This document shows, one piece after another, positions 1 through 7,151 of a DNA stretch of 10,491 bases. Numbering within the stretch: the stretch's first letter is position 1; each line of letters starts with the position of its first letter. The stretch covers positions 1 to 10,491 of the forward strand of contig JBDRBK010000093.1 of the NCBI GenBank assembly GCA_043822705.1, read 5' to 3'. Under the pieces are notes generated by a model. It saw nothing but the letters and a program-made list of their open reading frames with translations. It did not search any database and was not told the origin of the DNA. The DNA is from Fidelibacterota bacterium (GTDB taxonomy: Bacteria; Fidelibacterota; Marinisomatia; Marinisomatales; TCS56). The translations under genes and the position numbers were made by a program.

Positions 1-27
1 GTCAGGTTCCAGGATGTGCCAGTTCAT
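1..27 (-). CDS. 5' end of a probable CDS running off the window (MNWHILEPD...)
   Basis: ATG at 27-25 with 9 open codons to the window edge and AT-rich sequence upstream. Too short to identify. Confidence 0.4.
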
Positions 28-140
28 GGTTTAAAATTGACTCGTTTTAGCAATGTTTTCTTTCGTATGGAGCGACATAATTTAATTATTAAGATTCAGA
101 AAATCCGGTCATAAAAGAAAGGTTCGGTAGATCAATTGAA

Positions 141-533
141 AGACTGAGTCGGTCTATAAGCCGAGTTTTGTCCACCCGCCAAGCGGCGGGTTGTGTGACC
201 ATTCACCTGGACCCGACCTCACGATCGGGTTCACGCGACCTACCCGTCTCTTATTGTTCCGTCACCGGAACGGAAATGCGGACCACATCTGGAGACTACT
301 TGATCTTGCACCGGGTGGGGTTTACAAGCTCCCGCCGTCGCCGACAGGACTGGTGGTCTCTTACACCACCGTTTCACCCTTACTCCGATAAATCGGGGCG
401 GTCTGGTTTCTGTTGCACTTTCCATGCCCTCGCGGACTCCTCCCGTTAGGAGGCACCCTGTCCTGCGGTGCTCGGACTTTCCTCCCCGAACCGGAGTTAC
501 CGGCCCAGGGCGATCACCCAACCAACTCAGTCT
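141..533 (-). ncRNA. rnpB: RNase P RNA (bacterial type A), about 393 nt
   Basis: Minus strand has GAGGAAAGTCCGAGC near the 5' end and ACAAAACTCGGCTTA near the 3' end (P4 halves). It also has GGAAAGTGCAACAGAAA and AGGGTGAAACGGTGGTGTAAGAGACCACC. The termini AGACTGAGTTGGT / ACCGACTCAGTCT pair as P1. Confidence 0.98.
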
Positions 534-547
534 GTCAAAGATCACTG

Positions 548-555
548 CAAATTTA
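548..555 (-). promoter_or_regulatory. Candidate -10 element for rnpB (TAAATTTG)
   Basis: TAAATT(TG) lies about 15 nt upstream of the rnpB 5' end, the same hexamer as in the tRNA promoter. No convincing -35. Confidence 0.4.
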
Positions 556-579
556 CATAACGATGGCCGAAATCCGCAC

Positions 580-1281
580 TTATTCCGGTCCGATCAGGAA
601 CCGGCTGCAGACATCGCAGATGCGGATTCCCTTGCCATCCTTGATTTCGGCTACGATCTGACGCGGCACCCCCGATCCGCAGCCGCCGCAGGAACTGCCG
701 GAAAGGGCCACCACCGCCACACCGTCGCGGGCTTCCAGGACACGCTCATAGCGCGACAGCCAGGCCGGCGATATGCCCTGAATCTGCTCCTGCCGCTGCC
801 GTTCCAGTTCGGCCTTCTTCTCGGCCGATTCGGCGATTGTTCGTTCCAGCTTGATCCGCCTTTCCAGAAGATCGCTACTGAGCGATTGCAGATTGAGTTC
901 CTGGCTTTTGGTGGTCTCTTCCAGTGTTGATTTCTCTTCCCGGAGTTCTAGGTCATGGGTCTCGGATTGATCCAGTTCGGCTTTCAAATGGTCGATTTCA
1001 TGCATCAGGGCGTCATATTGCTTGTTGTTGGTTACCAGAAAAAGCTGATTCTTATATTTATCAATTTTTTCCGTGTAATCTATTTCCTGCACACTGATTT
1101 TATGGATTTCCAGATCGATTTCCTTCAATCTCCGCTTGCCCTGTTCCAGCGTCTCGATTAACGCCTGCTCTTCGGATTTCAAGGTCATGACCCGGGCTGG
1201 CAGGTCACCCAGCAGATCATTTATCTTCTTCAGTTGCGTATCAATTTTCTGCAAACCGGCCAATTTCTTTAAATCGCTCAT
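580..1281 (-). CDS. Coiled-coil protein with C-terminal C4-type zinc ribbon (DUF164 / CT398-HP0958-like), 233 aa
   Basis: Long heptad-rich helix (LQKIDTQL...NNKQYDALMHEI) followed by YERV...GVAVV...CGGC...CDVCSRFL. Start moved from 1323 to ATG 1281 because GAGG lies 5 nt upstream and the longer start sits inside a terminator-like hairpin. Confidence 0.9.
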   Translation of the reverse strand: MSDLKKLAGLQKIDTQLKKINDLLGDLPARVMTLKSEEQALIETLEQGKRRLKEIDLEIHKISVQEIDYTEKIDKYKNQLFLVTNNKQYDALMHEIDHLKAELDQSETHDLELREEKSTLEETTKSQELNLQSLSSDLLERRIKLERTIAESAEKKAELERQRQEQIQGISPAWLSRYERVLEARDGVAVVALSGSSCGGCGSGVPRQIVAEIKDGKGIRICDVCSRFLIGPE

Positions 1282-1301
1282 TATTACCTCATGCTGAAAT
1301 G

Positions 1302-1326
1302 AAAAATGCACCGGGCGGTGCATTTT
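1302..1326 (-). terminator. Rho-independent terminator-like hairpin after the tRNA
   Basis: AAAATGCACC-GGGC-GGTGCATTTT is a perfect inverted repeat with T runs on both strands. Confidence 0.65.
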
Positions 1327-1406
1327 AAGATTTTATTGCTGGAGTACTGTCGAGTCGCTTGACTGTCTATTTTCAAACGACACCCCCGGATGGTACGCGA
1401 GTCTTG

Positions 1407-1480
1407 TGGGCGATATCCGACTCGAACGGATGGCCTCTGCGATGTGAACGCAGCGCTCTAACCAGCTGAGCTAATCGCCC
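1407..1480 (-). tRNA. tRNA-Val (anticodon CAC), CCA not encoded
   Basis: Acceptor stem GGGCGAT/ATCGCCC, D arm TAGCTCAGCTGGTTAGAGC, anticodon arm CTGCG-TTCACAT-CGCAG, T arm ATCCG-TTCGAGT-CGGAT. Discriminator A is followed by CAA. Confidence 0.97.
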
Positions 1481-1522
1481 GTTATTACCTAATGGTTTTT
1501 TTATTTCGTGCACAGCAGGGGA

Positions 1523-1551
1523 AATTTACGCCGACGGTACCCGGGAATCAA
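1523..1551 (-). promoter_or_regulatory. Candidate sigma70 promoter for tRNA-Val
   Basis: TTGATT (1551-1546), 17 bp spacer, TAAATT (1528-1523), about 40 nt upstream of the tRNA. Confidence 0.6.
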
Positions 1552-1748
1552 CAACCGTGCCGACTAGAAACGGAATCAATTTATGACGGTGCCGTGACCT
1601 CCGTCAAAATTGTTGTCAGCGGCACTGATTCATCATGCTATGACCACTATTTAAATAGAATCCTATCCGCGGTTCAGGGTAATTTCAATGCCAATATATT
1701 CGAAAACAGAAACAGTGCGGATTAATTACAAATTATGAGGTATCAGTT

Positions 1749-3074
1749 ATGTCCGGTTCACTAACCGCCGCCATCAATGAAAAATCAGCCCGGATCGGTA
1801 TCATCGGTCTCGGCTATGTCGGTCTGCCGCTGGCAATGGAATTCAACCGTTCCGGGTTCGCCGTAACCGGTATCGATATCGATGCCGAGCGCGTCGCCCG
1901 GTTGAACCGTGGAGAAAATTATATTCAGGATGTCGACGACGATTTCTTCCGCGCTCAGGTTGCTACGGGCCGGTTTCGGGCGACTACGGACTTTGCCGCG
2001 ATCCGGGAACTGGACGCGCTGTCGATTTGCGTACCCACTCCGCTGAACAAGCTCAAGGATCCCGATATATCCTATATCGTGGCGGTACTGGACGAACTGG
2101 TCAGGTACCTGCATCCCAACCTGCTGATCGTCCTGGAAAGCACCACCTATCCCGGCACCACCCGGGATTTGATCCTGCCGCGTTTAGCGGAAACCGGACT
2201 GACCGTCGGCCAGGATTTCTACCTGTGTTTTTCGCCCGAGCGCGTGGACCCCGGTAATCCGGTGTATCAGATAAAAAATACGCCCAAGGTTATCGGCGGC
2301 ATCACGCCGGCCTGCACCGCGGCCGGCAGCGCCCTGTATTCGCTGGTGGTGGATCAGGTCATACCGGTGACATCGCCCGAATCGGCTGAGCTGGTGAAGC
2401 TGCTGGAAAACACCTTCCGGTCGATCAATATCGGACTGGTCAATGAAATGGCGCTGATCTGTGAAAAACTGGGCGTGAACGTCTGGGAAGTGATCGATGC
2501 CGCCGCCACCAAACCTTTCGGCTACATGAAATTCGTACCTGGTCCCGGCCTGGGCGGGCATTGCATTCCCATCGACCCCCATTACCTGGCCTGGAAACTG
2601 AAATCGCTGGATTACAAGGCCCGCTTTATCGAGCTGGCCGGCGAAATCAATACATCCATGCCGCTGCACGTGATCGACCTGATCGGCCAGGGCCTTAATC
2701 ATTTCCGGAAGGCCATTAACGGCAGCAGCATCCTGATTCTGGGAATCGCCTACAAAAAGGACATCGACGATGTTCGGGAATCGCCGGCGCTGGACGTGCT
2801 CCGTCTGCTGGAGGCCCAGGGTGCCCGGGTGGATTATTACGATAATTTCGTGCCTTCGATCAAATGGAACGGCGCTACGAAAACCAGTCTGCCCGAATTA
2901 TCCCCCGCCATCCTGAAATCCTATGCTGCCGTCGCCATCATTACCGACCATTCCGCGGTCGACTACGATGCGGTACGCCGGCATGCGGCGCTGGTGATCG
3001 ACACCCGCAACGCCGTGAAACAGGGACCGACAGCCAATGTGATCAAACTGGGTGTCGGTTCGATCAGTCACTGA
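1749..3074 (+). CDS. Nucleotide-sugar dehydrogenase, UDP-N-acetyl-D-hexosamine 6-dehydrogenase type (WbpA/WecC-like)
   Basis: Motifs GIIGLGYVGLP (Rossmann), ICVPTP, LESTTYPGTT, FSPERVDPGN, KLLENTFR, catalytic GGHCIPIDP and GIAYKKDIDDVRESP. GAGG RBS at 1737-1740. Confidence 0.93.
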   Translation: MSGSLTAAINEKSARIGIIGLGYVGLPLAMEFNRSGFAVTGIDIDAERVARLNRGENYIQDVDDDFFRAQVATGRFRATTDFAAIRELDALSICVPTPLNKLKDPDISYIVAVLDELVRYLHPNLLIVLESTTYPGTTRDLILPRLAETGLTVGQDFYLCFSPERVDPGNPVYQIKNTPKVIGGITPACTAAGSALYSLVVDQVIPVTSPESAELVKLLENTFRSINIGLVNEMALICEKLGVNVWEVIDAAATKPFGYMKFVPGPGLGGHCIPIDPHYLAWKLKSLDYKARFIELAGEINTSMPLHVIDLIGQGLNHFRKAINGSSILILGIAYKKDIDDVRESPALDVLRLLEAQGARVDYYDNFVPSIKWNGATKTSLPELSPAILKSYAAVAIITDHSAVDYDAVRRHAALVIDTRNAVKQGPTANVIKLGVGSISH

Positions 3075-3075
3075 C

Positions 3076-4263
3076 ATGTATGATGTAGCGGTCATCGGGG
3101 CCGGAATCGTCGGCCTGGCCACAGCCTTCCAATTGCAGGAGAAGCGCCCTGGAATCCGATTACTGGTAGTCGATAAAGAACAATCACTGGCGGCCCACCA
3201 GACCGGGCACAACAGCGGCGTGATTCATTCCGGCATTTATTACAAACCCGGCTCGCTCAAGGCCCGCAACTGCCGCTCGGGCGTCAACCAACTGCTGGAA
3301 TTCTGCCGCCAGAATGACGTGGAATACCGCCTGTGCGGCAAGGTGATCGTGGCAACCTCCGCGGAAGAACTGCCGCGGCTGCAGGACCTCCATGAACGCG
3401 GACTGGCCAACGGCGTACCGGACCTGGAGTTGATCGGCCCGGAGCGGTTGCAGGAACTGGAACCACAGGCCGCCGGTCTGCGGGCGCTGCATTCGCCGTC
3501 CACCGGCGTGATCGATTTTTCCGCGGTGGCGTCGGCCCTGGGACGCAATATCCGCAACAACGGCGGGGAAATCCGCCTCGGGGCCAAAGTCATCGGCCTT
3601 TCGGTAAGCAGTAATGAATGTACGATCGAGACCACCGCCGGCGAGTTCCATAGCCGTAAGATCGTCAATTGCGCCGGACTCTATTCCGACCGGGTCGCCA
3701 CAATGTGCGGCTCCAAACCGGACCTTCAGGTGATTCCATTCCGCGGCGAATATTATGTGCTGAAACCGGAGAGCCGGCAGCTGGTGCGGACACTGATCTA
3801 CCCTGTTCCCGATCCCCGGTTCCCCTTTCTGGGCGTTCATTTCACCCGCGGAATCGACGGAGTGGTCGAGGCCGGACCGAACGCCGTTCTGGCCACAGCC
3901 CGGGAAGGTTATCAGAAAACCACGATCAATTTACCGGAGTTATGGGAGACTATCACCTACCCGGCGTTCTGGTCCATGGCCGGGAAATTCTGGCGGATGG
4001 GCTGTGGCGAGATCTACCGCTCCTGTTACAAGCCGGCCTTCGTTAAGGCGCTGCAGAAGCTGGTACCAGCAATCCAGAGCAGCGACCTGGCCGCGGGCGG
4101 TGCCGGCGTACGGGCCCAGGCCCTGTTGCGCGACGGCCGTCTCAGCGATGATTTCGCCATCCTGCAAAACGACCGGATCATTAATATCCTGAATGCGCCC
4201 TCGCCGGCGGCCACGGCCTGCCTGGCGATTGGCGAGACCGTTGCCGGGCTGGTCCTGAATTAA
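3076..4263 (+). CDS. lhgO: L-2-hydroxyglutarate oxidase family FAD-dependent oxidoreductase, 395 aa
   Basis: Motifs YDVAVIGAGIVGLA, HQTGHNSGVIHSGIYYKPGSLKA, PFRGEY, IYPVPDPRFPFLGVHFTR, GVRAQA and NAPSPAATA. ATG 3076 lies 1 nt after the upstream stop (TGA-C-ATG). Confidence 0.92.
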   Translation: MYDVAVIGAGIVGLATAFQLQEKRPGIRLLVVDKEQSLAAHQTGHNSGVIHSGIYYKPGSLKARNCRSGVNQLLEFCRQNDVEYRLCGKVIVATSAEELPRLQDLHERGLANGVPDLELIGPERLQELEPQAAGLRALHSPSTGVIDFSAVASALGRNIRNNGGEIRLGAKVIGLSVSSNECTIETTAGEFHSRKIVNCAGLYSDRVATMCGSKPDLQVIPFRGEYYVLKPESRQLVRTLIYPVPDPRFPFLGVHFTRGIDGVVEAGPNAVLATAREGYQKTTINLPELWETITYPAFWSMAGKFWRMGCGEIYRSCYKPAFVKALQKLVPAIQSSDLAAGGAGVRAQALLRDGRLSDDFAILQNDRIINILNAPSPAATACLAIGETVAGLVLN

Positions 4264-4332
4264 CCGGCTGGTGTAACGCCCGGCCGCTAACATCTTGTCC
4301 CGCTGAACCGGTTTTTAAGCGTACTTTCCGCT

Positions 4333-5061
4333 GTGTACAATTCCGATTTATTCACGCTGGAACAGGTATCCTACACGGTCCGCTCAACGGTCATTCTTAA
4401 CCATTTATCGTTTTCCGTAGCCCACGGTGAATTCCTGGGATTGCTGGGACCGTCCGGTTCCGGCAAGACATCCCTGCTGCGCCTGTTCAACGGGCTGGAT
4501 CAGCCTTCCACCGGCAATATCGAATACAGCGGTAAAAGTATCGCTCGCTGGGATATCCGACTGCTGCGGCAGCAGGTGGGAATGGTCTTTCAGGAACCGG
4601 TGATCCTGGCCGGCAGCGTTCGCGACAACCTGCTGCTGATCCAGCGCTGGGATAAGACGCTGGCGCCGGTTTCCGATCTGGATCTGTATCAAACCCTGGA
4701 AAAAGTCGGTCTGCAGACGATCGAGCTGAAGACCGACGCCCGTTCCCTCTCCGGCGGTGAAAAACAGCGCCTGGCCCTGGCCCGGGTGCTGCTGAACCGG
4801 CCGCAGGTACTGCTGCTGGATGAGCCGACCGCCAGTCTCGACCGCAACCTGGCCCGCCGGATCGTCCGCCGGATCGCCGATCTGCACCGGGAAATGAACC
4901 TGACTATCATCATGGTTTCCCACGATCCCGAGCTGGTGCGCCGGTTCGCCTCGCGGGTGCTATTCCTGGCGGCGGGACAGATCGTCGAGGACGGTCCGAT
5001 CGCTATTCTCGACCATCCCGTCACGACCGCGCTGCAGGCCTACCTGGCGGAGGAGCACTGA
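4333..5061 (+). CDS. ABC transporter ATP-binding protein (FetA/YbbL-like)
   Basis: Walker A GPSGSGKT, Q-loop VFQEP, signature LSGGEKQR, Walker B LLLDEPT, H-loop VSHD. GTG start is uncertain. Stop overlaps the permease start. Confidence 0.9.
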   Translation: MYNSDLFTLEQVSYTVRSTVILNHLSFSVAHGEFLGLLGPSGSGKTSLLRLFNGLDQPSTGNIEYSGKSIARWDIRLLRQQVGMVFQEPVILAGSVRDNLLLIQRWDKTLAPVSDLDLYQTLEKVGLQTIELKTDARSLSGGEKQRLALARVLLNRPQVLLLDEPTASLDRNLARRIVRRIADLHREMNLTIIMVSHDPELVRRFASRVLFLAAGQIVEDGPIAILDHPVTTALQAYLAEEH

Positions 5062-5861
5062 TGGAAAATTCCTTCTACGCCATTACCTGGACCGACGTGC
5101 TGGTGGCGCTGGTGCTGATGGCGGTGGCGCTGTTCCTGATCCACTGGTGGAAGATCGGCCTGGAAAAGACTTTATTGATCGGCACCCTGCGAACCTTTGT
5201 CCAGTTGTCGGCCATGGGGTATGTGCTGACCTGGTTTTTCCGCCAGGACGACTGGTTTTTCATGGTCGGACTGGTGCTGATGATGATCCTGATCGCCGCT
5301 TACGAAGGCTACCGCCGGCAGCGACAGCAGCCGATTCCCAATTATTTCCTGATCCTAGCCGGCTCGATGCTGGTGACGATCTGTTTCGTGCTGGGCATGA
5401 TCCTGAAATTCATCCTGCACGTCCAGCCCTGGTATTATCCCTACGCCATGATACCGATCGCCGGAATGATCATCGGCAACGCCCTCAATTCCTCGACACT
5501 GACGGTGAATCGCTTCATCGGCGAAATGAATCACCGCGAAAAGGAAATCGAAATGCTGCTGAGCCTGGGAGCGCCCCCGCGCGCCGCCGTCCACGATGCG
5601 CTGCGCGATTCGATCCGGGCTGCCCTGCTGCCCAATGTCAACGCCCTGATGACGGTGGGACTGGTCCAGTTGCCCGGCGTCATGACCGGTCAAATCCTGT
5701 CGGGGATCGATCCCCTGATCGCCGTGCGCTACCAGATCATGATCATGTATATGTGGGTTACCACCAGCACGTTGATGAATATCCTGGTTTTGGCCCTGGT
5801 GTACCGGCGCTTTTTCACGCCCCAATGGCAGTTAAAACGGGAGCTGCTGCGGGTGGAGTGA
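5061..5861 (+). CDS. fetB: UPF0014/YbbM family ABC permease (FetB-like)
   Basis: Multi-TM protein with RTFVQL..GYVL, PWY.P...IPIAGMIIGNA, GLVQLPGVMTGQILSG.DP..AVRYQI. TGATG overlap with the upstream gene and GGAGGAG RBS. Confidence 0.88.
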   Translation: MENSFYAITWTDVLVALVLMAVALFLIHWWKIGLEKTLLIGTLRTFVQLSAMGYVLTWFFRQDDWFFMVGLVLMMILIAAYEGYRRQRQQPIPNYFLILAGSMLVTICFVLGMILKFILHVQPWYYPYAMIPIAGMIIGNALNSSTLTVNRFIGEMNHREKEIEMLLSLGAPPRAAVHDALRDSIRAALLPNVNALMTVGLVQLPGVMTGQILSGIDPLIAVRYQIMIMYMWVTTSTLMNILVLALVYRRFFTPQWQLKRELLRVE

Positions 5862-5942
5862 GCGAAGAGCCGGGGAGATAAGGGGATGAGGAGCAGAGGA
5901 GAAATCAGGGGCTGAATAGTTTTTAGATTGTTTTGTACCCCT

Positions 5943-6073
5943 GCCACGGTCCAACTAAAAAGTGGGCTGTAATATTCGGACTGGGACACAAGAGCGTAAA
6001 GACAACGATGGTCTACACCCATGGATTAAGATCAAGTACTCATTATATTAAAGGCCCAACCGATTTACTATGA
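5943..6073 (+). pseudogene. intI: 3' remnant of an integron integrase (tyrosine recombinase box II and C-terminus)
   Basis: 5981-6073 translates as LGHKSVKTTMVYTHGLRSSTHYIKGPTDLL*, in register with the IntI consensus LGHxDVxTTMIYTHVLxxxxxGVxSPLDxL*. Upstream in other frames are ATVQLKSG (5943-) and GCNIRT (5965-), matching ATHLLExG and GYDIRT. The VQEL codons are missing. Confidence 0.85.
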
Positions 6074-6094
6074 CAGGGAATTTTTTCAGAGCGT

Positions 6095-6127
6095 GGAATC
6101 TTATCAAACACTGATAAGATTCCTTTT
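6095..6127 (+). terminator. Perfect 12-bp inverted repeat plus T run after the intI remnant (terminator or operator)
   Basis: GGAATCTTATCA-AACAC-TGATAAGATTCC followed by TTTT, 21 nt after the intI stop. Confidence 0.5.
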
Positions 6128-6234
6128 GGATTACTAAAAATAGTCCTTTAACTTTTGTTAGACAATGAATTACGCAAGTATACCCAAGAATGTTACTCAA
6201 CACAAAACCTCACATATAAGCTCTTATCCAAGTC

Positions 6235-6253
6235 GGATAAGCTTATGTTATGT
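6235..6253 (+). mobile_element. Candidate attI simple site
   Basis: GGATAAG, 5 bp CTTAT, then GTTATGT. It lies between the intI remnant and the first cassette ORF. GTTATGT is the exact reverse complement of ACATAAC at the end of that ORF. Confidence 0.65.
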
Positions 6254-6266
6254 TTCCAATTGAACT

Positions 6267-7070
6267 ATGACGAAACTCAGAATCAAAATTCCTGCTGATA
6301 TTGCTGCTGAAGTGATGTTTAATTCAGACAGTACTTGTTGCTTCTGCCGGGAAAGAGGTAAAGCGGTGCAAATACATCATATTGATGAAAATCCAAGAAA
6401 TAACTCAATAGATAATTTATCTGTTCTTTGCCTTCATTGTCATAACGACGCACAAGTGAAAGGCGGGTTTGGTAGAAAGCGAAATGCTTCACTTGTTATA
6501 AAGTATAGAGATGAATGGATTTCAAGAGTTGCTCTCAGAAGGGATTTAGCAGATAAAAGAGCTGTAAATCGGCATGTTGGTTCATCAAGCATAAGTGAAG
6601 TTATAGAAGTAGGGCCAGAACCAACTACACATCATGAAGAATTAAGGGAGCCGCCTATCAATTACATTAACGCGCTTCCTGAATTTAAGGCTGCTTTGTT
6701 AAAGCAGGCACAACCAAAATGGGATACAGGTGTAACTGCCACAATGATACAGGCCAACTATGACTATATAGATTCTCTAACTGGCATCTTAGTCACTTTG
6801 GCCAAATATATCTCACCAAAACAATTCGAAGGCAAAGACCCTCACGAGTATTTTTCCGAAGCGATTTCATTTCGATTCATGTGGCATCGGACAATTAATG
6901 AACCATTTGGGCCAGGGACGGGAGGCACAATTGTAAATGTCCTTGTAGGGGGTGGGGTAATCGGAGATGTCGAAAAAATGGTTGAAGATTTAGTTATGGG
7001 GCTTGTTGGTTACGATGACTCTTTTGATTGGAAAAATTGGCCTAAGCGTTGGCAGGGAAAGGAAACATAA
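6267..7070 (+). CDS. Cassette protein: N-terminal zinc-binding HNH endonuclease domain plus uncharacterised C-terminal domain, 267 aa
   Basis: CCFC...QIHHIDENPRNNSIDNLSVLCLHCH fits the CxxC-HH-N-N-LCxxCH HNH pattern. The C-terminal ~150 aa are not recognised. Confidence 0.8.
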   Translation: MTKLRIKIPADIAAEVMFNSDSTCCFCRERGKAVQIHHIDENPRNNSIDNLSVLCLHCHNDAQVKGGFGRKRNASLVIKYRDEWISRVALRRDLADKRAVNRHVGSSSISEVIEVGPEPTTHHEELREPPINYINALPEFKAALLKQAQPKWDTGVTATMIQANYDYIDSLTGILVTLAKYISPKQFEGKDPHEYFSEAISFRFMWHRTINEPFGPGTGGTIVNVLVGGGVIGDVEKMVEDLVMGLVGYDDSFDWKNWPKRWQGKET

Positions 7071-7133
7071 CAAGGCGCTCGTTGGAACATTTCACCGATA
7101 CACGGCTCGTGCCCCACAGCTTAAACGTTAGCC
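7065..7133 (+). mobile_element. attC site of cassette 1 (69 bp)
   Basis: R'' ACATAAC, 5 bp AAGGC, L'' GCT(C)GTTGG ... L' CCCACAGC, 6 bp TTAAAC, R' GTTAGCC. L''/L' pair with the typical extra C, and there is an inner CCG/CGG stem. Confidence 0.88.
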
Positions 7134-7151
7134 AGATACATGGAGATAAAT

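Noticed and set aside
168..930. ORFs 168-449, 191-391, 240-545, 413-661 and 424-930
   Set aside because: They overlap rnpB or lie antisense to the zinc-ribbon gene, and have no protein motifs.
1407..1480. tRNA as an integration site for the AT-rich island
   Set aside because: The island is over 4 kb away on the tRNA's 5' side, and I saw no duplicated tRNA 3' end in the window.
1492..1725. 77-aa ORF in the tRNA / dehydrogenase intergenic region
   Set aside because: No RBS or recognisable motif, and it overlaps the candidate tRNA promoter.
1785..5881. Many antisense and alternate-frame ORFs within the dehydrogenase, lhgO and fetAB genes (also 8409-9887 and 10087-10407)
   Set aside because: Shadow ORFs expected from GC-rich codon usage, fully overlapping well-supported genes.
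6095..6123. Fur box suggested by TGATAAG near fetAB
   Set aside because: The arms are arranged TTATCA...TGATAA, the opposite of the Fur 7-1-7 repeat, and the site is downstream of fetAB.
6054..6163. Apparent attC from GCCCAAC (6054-6060) to GTTAGAC (6157-6163), centred on the 12-bp hairpin
   Set aside because: The arms between the boxes and the hairpin do not pair (no L''/L'), and GCCCAAC is explained as the G-P-T codons of the intI tail.
6230..6258. Resemblance to a dif/Xer site (AAGTCGGATAA ... TTATGTT)
   Set aside because: The spacer between TAA and TTA is 7 bp rather than 6, the XerD arm diverges after TTATGTT, and TTATGT is accounted for as the start of cassette 1. attI fits better.
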